From a bacterium (GTDB lineage Bacteria > Bacteroidota > Ignavibacteria > UBA10030): a stretch of 64,000 nt of DNA. Below are positions 30,495 to 41,345 of this stretch, piece after piece; within the stretch, counting starts at the first letter, position 1; the number at the start of each line of letters is the position of its first letter. A program made the position numbers and the translations under genes. Location: assembly GCA_043803945.1 (NCBI GenBank), contig JAZDJN010000033.1:1-64000 (forward strand). Reading direction: 5' to 3'. The notes below the pieces were generated by a model, which ran no database searches, was not told the DNA's origin, and was given only the letters and a program-made list of their open reading frames with translations.

Positions 30495-31151
30495 TTAATA
30501 AGGGACTTGTTTATCAGACCACCCTTTCTTTCCTATGAGAGGCACGAATTTGAATCCATGAACTTCTTTTTTATCCAACCGATCACCAACTTTTGTTACA
30601 AGATGCAAGCTTTGAATATCCAAATGCCCCACGGGAATGATCATCCGTCCTCCATCAGCCAGTTGAGCTAGCAACGGTTCCGGTATTGTAGGAGCTGCAG
30701 CGGTAACAATGATACAATCATAAGGAGCAAATTCCGTCCACCCAACGGTGCCATCTCCACTCCGGGATGCGATCCGATATCCAATCCGTTCAAAGACTTT
30801 TCTCGCACTACTCAAAAGATCGAGATGTCGTTCGATTGTATACACTTTGCACCCCAATTCTGCGAGAAGTGCTGCTTGATATCCGGAACCCGTCCCAATT
30901 TCAAGGACTTTTTCACCTTTCTTCGGTGAGAGCTCCTGAGTCATGAATGCAACGGTATAAGGCTGCGATATGGTCTGACAATTCCCGATGGGAAGCGCTG
31001 TGTCTTCGTATGAACGATTTAAAAACGGATCGGCGACGAATAAATGTCGTTCAACCTTCAGCATCGCCTGGAGAATCCTCTCGTTGGTAATTCCTCGATC
31101 CTGAAGGAGTGCGACCATTTCTTTCCGTTCATCGTCAAATCTACTCATCAA
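30495..31151 (-). CDS. pcm: Protein-L-isoaspartate O-methyltransferase
   Basis: QTISQP, LEIGTGSGY, APYD.I.VTAAA, FVPLIG. Confidence 0.96.
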   Translation of the reverse strand: MMSRFDDERKEMVALLQDRGITNERILQAMLKVERHLFVADPFLNRSYEDTALPIGNCQTISQPYTVAFMTQELSPKKGEKVLEIGTGSGYQAALLAELGCKVYTIERHLDLLSSARKVFERIGYRIASRSGDGTVGWTEFAPYDCIIVTAAAPTIPEPLLAQLADGGRMIIPVGHLDIQSLHLVTKVGDRLDKKEVHGFKFVPLIGKKGWSDKQVPY

Positions 31152-31810
31152 TATTCCTTTAATAACACTTTAAGAAAACTCTTTGTTGTATGCCAATACG
31201 TCATCGAACTCCTTGCCTCATTGTAAATTGTTTCAATGGGAACAGAGCCAATAGTAAATCCCATACTGGCGGCATCAATCAGAATTTCAGTTTCAGCTTC
31301 ATAGCCGTCTGATTCGAACCGCACTGAATCAATAACGCGTTTACTCAACAGCCTGTATCCCGATTGGCTATCCGGTATTCGTTGCCTGGTTCTCACTGAA
31401 ACAAGATAGGAGGTGATTGAATTTGACACTTTGCGATGAAAGGGCATTGAACTATTTTCACGTCTGCGTGATCCGATTATGATATCAGTTCTGAGATTCC
31501 TCCACGCTTCAAAAAATTGCGGGAGTTCTTCGGGCCTGTGTTGGAGATCTGCATCCATCGTAATCACAGCTTCAATACTCTTATTCACTCGGCAGTGCTC
31601 GAAAGCGGTTCGGAGGGCGGCTCCCTTCCCTTTATTCCGATCGTGCTGGAGGAGTGTCGTCGAATATTTTTTTGCTAACTCGGCAGTGTTGTCACGCGAA
31701 CCATCATCCACAACGATCATTGCGTTCTTATCGACATATTGCGATAATCGCCAGAGGAGAGACGAAATTGTATCGGCAGCATTGTAGGCAGGAATGACGA
31801 TAGCAATCAT
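31148..31810 (-). CDS. GT2 family glycosyltransferase (polyprenol-phosphate type)
   Basis: IPAYN, VDDGS.D, NKGKG, DADLQH, DSQSGYR. Confidence 0.9.
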   Translation of the reverse strand: MIAIVIPAYNAADTISSLLWRLSQYVDKNAMIVVDDGSRDNTAELAKKYSTTLLQHDRNKGKGAALRTAFEHCRVNKSIEAVITMDADLQHRPEELPQFFEAWRNLRTDIIIGSRRRENSSMPFHRKVSNSITSYLVSVRTRQRIPDSQSGYRLLSKRVIDSVRFESDGYEAETEILIDAASMGFTIGSVPIETIYNEARSSMTYWHTTKSFLKVLLKEY

Positions 31811-32664
31811 TTGTCTGCACTTATAGATTTTAACCGATCAACTATTAGTGCTACTCGCTTCATTTGTTTGACATCATGAACTCTCACAATGTTCGCTCCA
31901 TTCTGGATACAAACAGCAACCGCCGCTGCTGTACCTTCCATGCGCTGGCCTACAGGCAGGTCAAGAATTTTTCCGATGAATGATTTTCTTGATACTCCCA
32001 TCAAGATTGGACATGAGAGTTTATGAAATGAAGTAAGCATTCGGATGATCTCGATGTTATGGTCGAGGTTCTTTCCAAAACCAATCCCCGGATCCACGAT
32101 AACCTGCTCAATCCCTGCCGCCTTTGCCTTATTCTGCTGCATTTCCAGGAATTTAATAATCTCCTGAACAACATTTTTATAGACCGGATTCCCCTGCATG
32201 GTGCGGGGAGTACCCTGCATATGCATCAGAATCATCGATGCATGATACCGAGCAACAACGTCGATCATCCCGGAATCAGCTAATCCCCCGCTGATATCAT
32301 TTACAATAACAGCTCCGGCTTGCAACGCCTGAGCAGCCACATTAGATTTATATGTATCGATAGAAATTGGAATGTCGGATCGACGGGAAAGTTCTTCGAT
32401 GACCGGGAGCACTCGCCCCAATTCTTCTTGAGTTGAAACAGGTTGAGATCCAGGCCGTGTTGATTCGCCGCCGATGTCAATGAAATCAGCACCATCTGCA
32501 CTCATTTGAAGAGCAGCATCGACAACTTGTTCTGACGAACTGTACCTGCCTCCATCTGAAAAGGAGTCTGGTGTAACATTAAGAATACCCATGATGTAGG
32601 TACGTTGCAACAGGTCGTACCTAATTTTCCCGAACTTGAAATCGTAACGATTGCTTGAATGCAT
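31807..32664 (-). CDS. folP: Dihydropteroate synthase
   Basis: GILNVTPDSFSDGG, DIGGESTRPG, DPGIGFGK, SRKS, RVHDV. Confidence 0.97.
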   Translation of the reverse strand: MHSSNRYDFKFGKIRYDLLQRTYIMGILNVTPDSFSDGGRYSSSEQVVDAALQMSADGADFIDIGGESTRPGSQPVSTQEELGRVLPVIEELSRRSDIPISIDTYKSNVAAQALQAGAVIVNDISGGLADSGMIDVVARYHASMILMHMQGTPRTMQGNPVYKNVVQEIIKFLEMQQNKAKAAGIEQVIVDPGIGFGKNLDHNIEIIRMLTSFHKLSCPILMGVSRKSFIGKILDLPVGQRMEGTAAAVAVCIQNGANIVRVHDVKQMKRVALIVDRLKSISADK

Positions 32665-32890
32665 TAGTATTCAGAATATCGATGGATCGTTATTGTTATG
32701 GCACACTACGTGAATGGTAGAATCCGCAGCGTGGAAAAAAGTGTACACTTCCTGCTTTCAAGCGTTATTCCACAAGTAACGCAGTATTGCCACTAGTGGA
32801 GCCCAATTGTTTGTTGCTACTCAGATTCTTTCTTCTCCATCCGCCATTCATCGCTCAATTCCATCTCCACACTCCCCTCCATGCCCTGCG

Positions 32891-34351
32891 TTATTTCCAG
32901 GCCGATCTAAGCAGGACAATCCCGACAGCTTTTACGGCATTTGCCATGTTGAATGGCTCTCTCTGCGTGGTGAGCTTTGGAATATCCAACGTTGTGTGAT
33001 AATACGGAGCAAAATCGATAACCACCGAGTCAGGATGCCCTTTCCAGGCTGAGGAAGCCCAGCCAGGAGTTTGGCGGACGCGCCTGCTTTCACCCCATGC
33101 GGCTGTACAAACCGCTATAGCAGGTATCTCAACTTCGGGAGCTTTGAGGCGTTTGAGGCTGCTTGGGAGAAACATATAAGAATCTGTTCCTCCTTGCGAT
33201 GGATTCGTCGTTGCCTCTTCCCAAAACCCTTTCTTGCCGGCATACTCTTCCATCACTTGCTTACTGATGAGCATGAGATCTTTATTATGGGGCAGTTCAT
33301 TCGATTCAAAGTAGATACAATTCCTTGTCTCACCGTAGCCAATTTGATCATAATTGAATACCCCGCGAATTTTTTCAATCTCGCTTATATGTTGCTTAAT
33401 GAAATATGAGGCCGATTGCATCTCCGTTCCCCACACAATGAACTTCAATGATTTTTCAGGAACCGGAAGCTGTTTGGATTGAATCAAGGATTTAAAGACA
33501 CGCGCCATTTCCATAACACCTGCCGCACCTGATGCATTATCATCCGCACCGGGACCGCCGGAATCAGAATCACCGTGTGCGCAAACAATAACATAATCGG
33601 TACTCTTGCCTTCAATTGTCGCAATAACGGTTTTGGTTGTTCCTTCATGAATCTCTGTACGGGAAGAAAAGGCAATCTCAATTTCCTTATTATCCATCAA
33701 AGATTTTTTAAGCGTATCTCCGCTGGTATAGGAGAGATTAAAGAGTGGGATAGGATTATCGTTCGCAGCTTTCAAATTTGAAACAAAGGTGGTTGCTGCA
33801 ATCCTTTCAATATACCGCTGCGGCATTTGCAGAATTCCGACAGCACCGGCTTCGGCGAGTTTCGCGATATCGCTGGGAGATATTCTCTGTTGAGACAAGA
33901 GGAGACATCCTTTGATTGTCGCGAGATCGATTGAATCTTTTTTATATAATTTGAGTTTCGCCCTCGTTCGGGGAACGCTAGGAGAATAGCCGCCAAGCCA
34001 TTCATTCTGTATCACATTTTGGAGTTTCTTTGGGGATATGACTTTCAATGTCCATGCATAGCTGTCAAATACAAGGTGTCCGGGTTCTTCCTGAATCTCG
34101 ACCTTGAAGCCTGCGATCTTCAGGTTTTTCGATATGTACTCGACCGATTTGTCGCCGGAGTAGGATCCACCTAATCTATTGCCACATAGCACAAGCTCTC
34201 GAACAGATTTCAATAATCGTTGTTCCGATATCGAGGATGAAAATGCCATCTCGAGTTTTGGCAGATTCTGAGGAATTGCGGTAGTAATTCCAAGGAAGAA
34301 GAATCCAATGATAACTAGTCGTTTCATGGCAGCCGTCAGGATAATGTTCAA
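32891..34351 (-). CDS. Secreted M28-family metallopeptidase with PA-like insert
   Basis: Signal peptide; AHGDS, GADDNASG, NYDQIG, YYHT. Confidence 0.85.
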   Translation of the reverse strand: MNIILTAAMKRLVIIGFFFLGITTAIPQNLPKLEMAFSSSISEQRLLKSVRELVLCGNRLGGSYSGDKSVEYISKNLKIAGFKVEIQEEPGHLVFDSYAWTLKVISPKKLQNVIQNEWLGGYSPSVPRTRAKLKLYKKDSIDLATIKGCLLLSQQRISPSDIAKLAEAGAVGILQMPQRYIERIAATTFVSNLKAANDNPIPLFNLSYTSGDTLKKSLMDNKEIEIAFSSRTEIHEGTTKTVIATIEGKSTDYVIVCAHGDSDSGGPGADDNASGAAGVMEMARVFKSLIQSKQLPVPEKSLKFIVWGTEMQSASYFIKQHISEIEKIRGVFNYDQIGYGETRNCIYFESNELPHNKDLMLISKQVMEEYAGKKGFWEEATTNPSQGGTDSYMFLPSSLKRLKAPEVEIPAIAVCTAAWGESRRVRQTPGWASSAWKGHPDSVVIDFAPYYHTTLDIPKLTTQREPFNMANAVKAVGIVLLRSAWK

Positions 34352-34414
34352 TGGTTGCAGTTTTCATTCAATGCACGAACGATGGTACCAAATAGTTGCT
34401 TGATGAGCAACCAT

Positions 34415-34444
34415 AAAAAAAGGGTCAGGTGATATTCCTGACCC
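34415..34444 (-). terminator. Intrinsic terminator after sod (end of suf-sod operon)
   Basis: GGGTCAGG/CCTGACCC 8-bp stem followed by T7 on minus strand. Confidence 0.85.
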
Positions 34445-34471
34445 GCGTGAACATTTGATAACACACTGAAG

Positions 34472-35101
34472 TTATTTCGAACAGAATTTCTTATAGCGTT
34501 CGTTGATACGATCCCAGTGGAGGTGTGCAAGGAAGTTATCGATGTATTTTGCCCTTCCCGGTCCGTCTTTGTGATAATAAGCATGCTCAAAGACATCACA
34601 TGCAATAAGCGGTACTCCCCCCCAAATGGCACCATACTGATGTTCATCGACGGTAACATTTAAAAGTCGACCTGAATACAAACGATCGAACACGAGCAAT
34701 CCCCATCCGCTTAATTTCGCGGAAACTGTTGCAGCTTTAAAATCTGCTTTCCAGGCATCGAACGAACCAAATTCCTTCTCGATTGCTGCTTTGACTTCAG
34801 GACTCTTGTCCGGATCGCCATCGCCGCCAAGGACTTCCCAGTAGATATCGTGCAACAATGCACCGGAATGATTCCAGGTAAATCGGCGTTTCAATTCACC
34901 AATCACGCTGTAGTTGCCGTTTGCCGTTGACCGATCGGCACCCTCAAGGGCTTTTTCGATATTGTTCAGTGCGGTGACATACCCTTTGTGGTGGGTATTG
35001 TAATGCCAATCTGTTGTTTCGGTGCTGACGACATTCGTCAACAATTTCTTTGCTTCATCATCCGCATAGGGGCGTGGATTAAACTTCCATTCATAAGCCA
35101 T
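34472..35101 (-). CDS. sod: Fe/Mn superoxide dismutase
   Basis: HYNTHHKGYV, LHDIYW, FGSF..W, SGW, DVFEHAYY metal ligands. Confidence 0.92.
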   Translation of the reverse strand: MAYEWKFNPRPYADDEAKKLLTNVVSTETTDWHYNTHHKGYVTALNNIEKALEGADRSTANGNYSVIGELKRRFTWNHSGALLHDIYWEVLGGDGDPDKSPEVKAAIEKEFGSFDAWKADFKAATVSAKLSGWGLLVFDRLYSGRLLNVTVDEHQYGAIWGGVPLIACDVFEHAYYHKDGPGRAKYIDNFLAHLHWDRINERYKKFCSK

Positions 35102-35168
35102 ACTGTTACTCCTTTGTAAAATGATAGTGATATTTGATTTGTGTATTCACGTTCTTTACTTGCAACTA

Positions 35169-35552
35169 TTACATATTGAGAATTAATCGAGCAGCCTCAG
35201 ACATCATGCTCGGACTCCAGTTCGGTTCAAAGACTATATCGACTTTCACATTTCGAACACCCCTTACGGCTTGAACCTTTCGGCGTACATCACTCGCAAT
35301 CATCGGTGCGAGCGCGCAACCTGGGGCGGTTAGCGTCATCCTCACGAAAACATTTGCTTCTTCGGGTATTTCCTCTTCAATATCTACCTTATAAATCAAT
35401 CCAAGATCCACAATATTAACCGGAATCTCAGGATCATAACATGTTCTCAGGGCATCCCAAATTACTTTTTCCATGTCGACATGTTCGACAGGCTGACGTT
35501 CCGTACTTGCTGACTGTTGCAGTCCTTGTTGATCTTCTGGTGGTTCTGTCAT
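35169..35552 (-). CDS. sufT: SufT/DUF59 Fe-S assembly protein
   Basis: DPEIPVNIVDLGLIY, MTLTAPGC, W.P.MMS. Confidence 0.9.
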   Translation of the reverse strand: MTEPPEDQQGLQQSASTERQPVEHVDMEKVIWDALRTCYDPEIPVNIVDLGLIYKVDIEEEIPEEANVFVRMTLTAPGCALAPMIASDVRRKVQAVRGVRNVKVDIVFEPNWSPSMMSEAARLILNM

Positions 35553-35594
35553 TGTGAAAATCCTGTCTTAAAAAGGATGAGAATAATCACGCTT

Positions 35595-36047
35595 TTATTC
35601 TGTCGAAACTGTTTCACGTTTTTCTTCGAGAGCATTGTGCAAGGTATGCCATGGAAGGCTCGCACATTTCACCCTTGCCGGGAATTCACTCACACCGGCA
35701 AACACAGCTAGTTTTCCGAACTCTTCCAAGCCATCGCCACCATGCAGTTCACCTGTTACGAGTTTATGAAACCGATCGAATATGAGTTCTGCCTCTGCCT
35801 TCGATTTACCTTTAACCAGGCTTGTCATTAATGAGGCAGATGCTTTCGATATCGCACAGCCCGATCCCTGAAAGGCTATGTCTTTCACAATATCATTTTC
35901 TATCATCAGGTAGAGTGTATACCGATCACCACAGAGTGGATTATATCCTTCCACCGTGCTATTTGCCGCCTCGAGTATTTTAAAATTTCGTGGATGTTTA
36001 TTGTGATCGAGAATCACTTCCTGGTATAATGAACGGAGGTCGGACAT
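35595..36047 (-). CDS. sufU: SufU (NifU-family) sulfur acceptor
   Basis: LYQEVILDH, NPLCGD, GCAIS.ASAS, RVKCA. Confidence 0.95.
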   Translation of the reverse strand: MSDLRSLYQEVILDHNKHPRNFKILEAANSTVEGYNPLCGDRYTLYLMIENDIVKDIAFQGSGCAISKASASLMTSLVKGKSKAEAELIFDRFHKLVTGELHGGDGLEEFGKLAVFAGVSEFPARVKCASLPWHTLHNALEEKRETVSTE

Positions 36048-37306
36048 TAGCGAAACACCTCTTGTACTTTGTGTAAGCCATCGATAAGAGCATCGATATC
36101 TTCGGTGGTATTATAAAATGCAAATGATGCACGTGCGGTTGCAGGAATTCCAAACCGGTCCATAACCGGTTGAGCACAATGATGCCCGGTGCGAATTGCC
36201 ACTCCCTCTTGATCCAGAATGGTTCCGATATCGTGAGGATGGATCTCATCTAAAATAAATGAGATCACTCCGACTTTTTCTTTCGCTGTTCCAATGACTT
36301 TCAGGTTCTTGATCTCGGACAACCTTCGTGTTGCATATTCCATGAGGCTGTGCTCATGCTGCGAAAGTGATGTCCAATCCAGCCTGTTCAAATAATCGAT
36401 TGCAGTACCGAATCCTATCGTGCCTGCAATATTTGGTGTCCCTGCTTCGTACTTATACGGCAAGTCATTAAAGATTGTCTTCTCAAATGTCACCGATCGA
36501 ATCATATCGCCGCCGCCCTGGTAAGGAGGCATTGCTTCGAGCAGGTGCTGTTTGCCGTACAGGATGCCGATGCCTGTCGGACCGAACATTTTATGAGAAG
36601 AAAACACATAAAAATCACAATCAAGTTCCTTCATATCGACCCGGAGATGCGCTACAGCCTGAGCGCCATCAAGCAGAACAGGAATGCCATGCGTATGTGC
36701 CAATGCAATCATTTCCCGAACCGGATTGATCGTACCAAGTGCATTGGAGACATGGGTAAGAGCGACAATTTTTGTGCGCTTTGTGAGAAGTTTTTGATAC
36801 GCCTCAAGTTCTAACTCACCTGAATCAATCATAGGAATAATCCGAAGCCGCGCATCCTTCTCCTCACAGAGCAATTGCCAGGGGACAATATTGGAGTGAT
36901 GCTCCATCGCTGAAATGAGCACTTCATCCCCTGCCTGAACATTTACGCGGCCATACGTTTGAGCGACCAGATTGATTGCTTCTGTGGCTCCTCGTACAAA
37001 TATTATTTCCTTTAACGATTCAGAACCGATGAAGCGCTGCACCTTGCTCCTCACCAATTCATAGTGTTCCGTTGCAATTTCACTGAGATGATGCACCCCG
37101 CGGTGCACATTTGAATTCTCTTCCAGATAGTACTGTTGAATAGACTGAATGACTTCTAACGGCTTTTGGCTTGTGGCGGCGTTATCGAGATAGACAAGCG
37201 GTTTATGGTGGACTGTTCGTCGCAGGATGGGGAAATCCTTCCTCACACTATGAACATCAAACAGTGTTGTCAATGAAGCTGGCGCTGTTTGGATAATGTC
37301 GTTCAT
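36047..37306 (-). CDS. sufS: Cysteine desulfurase
   Basis: YLDNAATSQKP, SSHKM, EAGTP, RTGHHCA. Confidence 0.97.
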   Translation of the reverse strand: MNDIIQTAPASLTTLFDVHSVRKDFPILRRTVHHKPLVYLDNAATSQKPLEVIQSIQQYYLEENSNVHRGVHHLSEIATEHYELVRSKVQRFIGSESLKEIIFVRGATEAINLVAQTYGRVNVQAGDEVLISAMEHHSNIVPWQLLCEEKDARLRIIPMIDSGELELEAYQKLLTKRTKIVALTHVSNALGTINPVREMIALAHTHGIPVLLDGAQAVAHLRVDMKELDCDFYVFSSHKMFGPTGIGILYGKQHLLEAMPPYQGGGDMIRSVTFEKTIFNDLPYKYEAGTPNIAGTIGFGTAIDYLNRLDWTSLSQHEHSLMEYATRRLSEIKNLKVIGTAKEKVGVISFILDEIHPHDIGTILDQEGVAIRTGHHCAQPVMDRFGIPATARASFAFYNTTEDIDALIDGLHKVQEVFR

Positions 37307-38646
37307 ACAGTTCCTTCCAGGAGCCTGCCCTGATCGAGCCGCTTGTGGATCAGCAGTTCAAGTTGTCTTTTGACTTCCTCGATTTGTATACGCCCAACAA
37401 CATCAGCAGCAAAAGCATAGGTAAGGATGTCGCGTGCCCTGGATTCCGAGATACCACGAGAACGGAGATAGAACACTTGTTCTTCATCGAGCTGACCCAC
37501 GGTTGCACCATGGGTACACTTCACGTCGTCGGCAAAAATTTCCAATTGAGGTTTTGTATCGATTGCAGCATCATCGGAGAGAACCAGGGTTTTATTCGTC
37601 TGTTTTGCATCGGTCTTCTGAGCATCTTTCCGGACGAAGATCTTTCCATTGAAGATTCCGCGTGATTTACCATCCAGGATCGCTTTGTATAATTCATGGC
37701 TTTCACAATTCGGCTTGGCATGATCGATTGCCGTATGATTATCAATTACCTGATCGCCGGTCCCGAGTGAAAGACCATTTAATGTGCAATCGATACCCTC
37801 ACCATCGAGATGGCTGTTAATGGTATTCCTGACAATTGACCCACCCATCATAATAGAGTTGGAGAGAAATTTGCTTCCTGTTTTCTGTTCAATCTGCTGG
37901 GTACTAATGTGATAGCTTGAAAAGCTTTCAAACTGGAGCTTATCATGCTCGACGATTGCATCTTCCTCAACGATAATCGTTGTCACTGGATTTGATAAAT
38001 AGCAATTTTCTCCCAATCCACCATAGCTTTCAACCAATGAGCAGCGGCTGTTGCGGTTGGCCACAATGAGGTTGTAGGGTTGAACAGCGGCTGTGTCTAT
38101 CTGGGATGTCACCAGAAACAATAGATGAATCGGTTTGTCAATTGTGCAATTCTCATCAACGATGATCAGTGCCCCATCTTGAAGAAATGCACCATTCAGG
38201 GCAGCGAAAGAGTTGTTATCATAGGATATTTCCTTTGCCAAATAGCGCTCAAGTAATTCAGGTGCTTGAAGGATTACATTCTTCAGACTTTCCACTCTAA
38301 CGCCGGCTGGAAGAAGTGAGAGATCCGAACGTTGACGGTCGCAGGAGCCATTGATAAACACCAATCTGATAGCGCCATCATAACACCAAGGCTTCAATTG
38401 CTCTTCGGTTAACTTAAGCTCATCCGGAATCACAATCGGCTTGAACGTTTTTTTTGCAATCGGTTGAATATTTGTGAACCGCCACTCTTCATTCCGCGTG
38501 GTAGGAAATCCCTGCTCTTTAAAATTCTTAAAAGCATTTTGGCGCGCAGTCTTTAAATAGGACGGTACGGTGTGTGATTCCGAATTCGTGAACAGTTCGA
38601 AGTTGGATTGATACCACTCCATTACATTATCCTTGGTCTTGACCAT
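37303..38646 (-). CDS. sufD: Fe-S cluster assembly protein SufD
   Basis: EEWRFT, KPQLEIFADDVKCTHGAT, YLRSRG; start set to 38646. Confidence 0.95.
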   Translation of the reverse strand: MVKTKDNVMEWYQSNFELFTNSESHTVPSYLKTARQNAFKNFKEQGFPTTRNEEWRFTNIQPIAKKTFKPIVIPDELKLTEEQLKPWCYDGAIRLVFINGSCDRQRSDLSLLPAGVRVESLKNVILQAPELLERYLAKEISYDNNSFAALNGAFLQDGALIIVDENCTIDKPIHLLFLVTSQIDTAAVQPYNLIVANRNSRCSLVESYGGLGENCYLSNPVTTIIVEEDAIVEHDKLQFESFSSYHISTQQIEQKTGSKFLSNSIMMGGSIVRNTINSHLDGEGIDCTLNGLSLGTGDQVIDNHTAIDHAKPNCESHELYKAILDGKSRGIFNGKIFVRKDAQKTDAKQTNKTLVLSDDAAIDTKPQLEIFADDVKCTHGATVGQLDEEQVFYLRSRGISESRARDILTYAFAADVVGRIQIEEVKRQLELLIHKRLDQGRLLEGTV

Positions 38647-38659
38647 TAGGTCTATGCTC

Positions 38660-39421
38660 CTATGTAGAAAGAGTCTCAAGTTCGGGTTTGAGCCAGTCGT
38701 ATCCCTTTTCTTCCAACAGCAGGGCGAGCTCTTTTCCACCAGATTTCACAATCCTGCCGTCGACAAGGACATGGACAAAATCGGGGACAATGTAATTCAA
38801 GAGTCTCTGGTAATGGGTCACCACAACGATGGCGTTGTCTTTGCTGCGTAATTTATTCACACCATCCGCAACGATTCGTAAGGCGTCAATATCCAATCCA
38901 GAATCTGTTTCATCGAGAATTGCAAGCTGTGGCTCAAGAACCGCCATATGAAAGATTTCATTCCGTTTCTTCTCTCCGCCGGAAAAACCCTCATTGACTG
39001 GCCGATTGAGAAACGATTCATCCATTTCCACAAGCTTCATCTTTTTCTTTATCATTTGGAGAAATTCGATTGCATCCAGTTCTTCCATGCCTCTATGCTT
39101 GCGTATTGCATTGAGCGCTGATTTCAGAAAGTAGGAATTATTTACACCTGGAATTTCGACTGGATATTGAAAGGCAAGGAATAAGCCTTCCTGTGCACGC
39201 TCTTCTGGAGCCATGTCAAGCAAGTTCACATCTTTATAAAGAACTTCTCCAGCAGTCACCTCATAGGCATCTCGGCCTGCGAGAACCTGTGCAAGCGTGC
39301 TCTTCCCGGACCCATTGGGCCCCATAATTGCATGTACTTCGCCGGCACGGACTGAAAGATTTACGCCCCGGAGAATTTCATTTCCCTGGACAGATGCATG
39401 AAGATTTTTTATTTCGAGCAT
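38660..39421 (-). CDS. sufC: Fe-S cluster assembly ATPase SufC
   Basis: [37 protein letters not shown]. Confidence 0.98.
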   Translation of the reverse strand: MLEIKNLHASVQGNEILRGVNLSVRAGEVHAIMGPNGSGKSTLAQVLAGRDAYEVTAGEVLYKDVNLLDMAPEERAQEGLFLAFQYPVEIPGVNNSYFLKSALNAIRKHRGMEELDAIEFLQMIKKKMKLVEMDESFLNRPVNEGFSGGEKKRNEIFHMAVLEPQLAILDETDSGLDIDALRIVADGVNKLRSKDNAIVVVTHYQRLLNYIVPDFVHVLVDGRIVKSGGKELALLLEEKGYDWLKPELETLST

Positions 39422-39454
39422 TCGTTTGTGATCCTTTCGTTCATCATCATGTCA

Positions 39455-40903
39455 TTATCCTACACTGCCTTCAAGACTGATTCCCAATAGTTTCTGTGCT
39501 TCGACAGCGAACTCCATGGGTAATTCCCTGAAGACCTCTTTGCAAAATCCATTGACAATCATACTGATAGCATCCTCGGTGGAGAGACCGCGCTGCTTAC
39601 AATAGAAGATTTGATCCTCACCGATTTTCGAGGTCGATGCTTCGTGCTCCACCTTTGAAGAGGTATTTTTTACTTCGATATACGGAAACGTATGAGCGCC
39701 GCATTTATCACCAAGCAGCAGCGAGTCGCATTGAGAAAAATTTCGTGCGTTTGTTGCGTTTTTCTTAATCTCCACAAGACCGCGATAAGAATTATTCCCC
39801 CTGCCGGCAGAGATTCCTTTGGAAACGATAGTACTCCGTGTATTTTTTCCGATGTGAATCATTTTCGTGCCGGTATCTGCCTGTTGATAATTATTCACAA
39901 CTGCGACAGAATAAAATTCGCCGATGGAATTCTCTCCCAGCAGAATGACGCTCGGGTACTTCCAGGTGATGGCCGATCCAGTCTCGACCTGTGTCCAGGA
40001 TATTTTAGAATTCTTTCCGATGCATTTACCTCGTTTGGTGACGAAGTTGTAAATGCCTCCTCTACCCTCCTTATCGCCCGGATACCAATTCTGAACAGTG
40101 GAATACTTGATCGAGGATTTCTCTCCTACGGCAATGAGTTCCACGACAGCGGCATGTAATTGATTCTCATCTCGCATCGGAGCCGTACATCCTTCGAGGT
40201 AACTAACAGTCGCATGTTCTTCAGCAACAATTAAGGTCCGCTCGAACTGCCCTGTAGAAGCGGCATTGATGCGGAAATACGTTGAGAGTTCCATCGGACA
40301 GCGAACACCTTTGGGGATGTAGCAGAATGATCCATCGCTGAAGACAGCCGAATTCAATGCTGAATAAAAGTTGTCGCTGTATGGTACCACGGTGCCAAGG
40401 TATCGTTGCACGAGATCAGGGTGTTCGCGAACTGCCTCAGAAAACGAGCAAAATATTATTCCAAGATCTTTGAGTTTCTCTTTGAATGTTGTAGCGACGG
40501 AGACACTATCGAACACAGCATCCACAGCCACACCGGCGAGCCACTCCTGTTCCATAAGCGGGATTCCAAGTTTGGCATACGTTTTCAGCAATTCAGGATC
40601 AACCTCATCAAGGCTTTTCGGTCCCACTTTTTGCTTTGGCGCAGAATAATAAATCATGTCCTGATAGTCGATGGATGGATAGTGCACGTTATGCCATCTC
40701 GGTTCCTCCATGGTTTGCCAGTGTCGATATGCCTTCAAACGCCACTCGAGAAGCCATTCCGGCTCCTGCTTCTTGGCTGAGATAAACCGGATGATATCCT
40801 CATTCAATCCTTTGGGGGCAGTATCAGCTTCAATGTCGGTGATAAAACCCCACTTGTATTCCTGGCTGGCAAGATGTTCTATCGTGTTTGTTTCAGTACT
40901 CAT
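39455..40903 (-). CDS. sufB: Fe-S cluster assembly protein SufB
   Basis: [32 protein letters not shown]. Confidence 0.98.
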   Translation of the reverse strand: MSTETNTIEHLASQEYKWGFITDIEADTAPKGLNEDIIRFISAKKQEPEWLLEWRLKAYRHWQTMEEPRWHNVHYPSIDYQDMIYYSAPKQKVGPKSLDEVDPELLKTYAKLGIPLMEQEWLAGVAVDAVFDSVSVATTFKEKLKDLGIIFCSFSEAVREHPDLVQRYLGTVVPYSDNFYSALNSAVFSDGSFCYIPKGVRCPMELSTYFRINAASTGQFERTLIVAEEHATVSYLEGCTAPMRDENQLHAAVVELIAVGEKSSIKYSTVQNWYPGDKEGRGGIYNFVTKRGKCIGKNSKISWTQVETGSAITWKYPSVILLGENSIGEFYSVAVVNNYQQADTGTKMIHIGKNTRSTIVSKGISAGRGNNSYRGLVEIKKNATNARNFSQCDSLLLGDKCGAHTFPYIEVKNTSSKVEHEASTSKIGEDQIFYCKQRGLSTEDAISMIVNGFCKEVFRELPMEFAVEAQKLLGISLEGSVG

Positions 40904-40938
40904 AGATCATAATCAATTGATTGTGCGTGTGATTTCCT

Positions 40939-41322
40939 TTAAGCAGAAGGAACTGAATTTTGTTGTGCAGGTGCCTCTGAAACCGGAGAGGACACTTTTA
41001 CAGTTGCCGTTGTTGCTGCTGGCTTTGCCGGTGCCACAGGTTTCATGATCGGCTTTTTAAAATCCGGATAATTCACGAGCCAGGTTGATGAGTCCATCTT
41101 TTTTACAATTTCCTTCTTCTCGAGAAACTCCAGATAGATTAGCGCAAGTTCTTCTGCCTGTCCATACGAACACTTATATTTTTTTAAATGAAGATAGGCC
41201 ATCACTCCATACTGCACATCTCTAAAAAATATATTGGATTGGTGATAGATATGATATTTCGATTTAAGGAAATTCAATACTTCAATCGATAAGTTCAATA
41301 ACTGGTTTTTCTGTGCTTCCAT
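40939..41322 (-). CDS. Hypothetical protein inside the suf operon
   Basis: 127 aa ORF with GAGG SD between rrf2 and sufB; Pro/Ala-rich tail. Confidence 0.75.
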   Translation of the reverse strand: MEAQKNQLLNLSIEVLNFLKSKYHIYHQSNIFFRDVQYGVMAYLHLKKYKCSYGQAEELALIYLEFLEKKEIVKKMDSSTWLVNYPDFKKPIMKPVAPAKPAATTATVKVSSPVSEAPAQQNSVPSA

Positions 41323-41345
41323 TGTATCCTCGTTATGTGTTTCAG

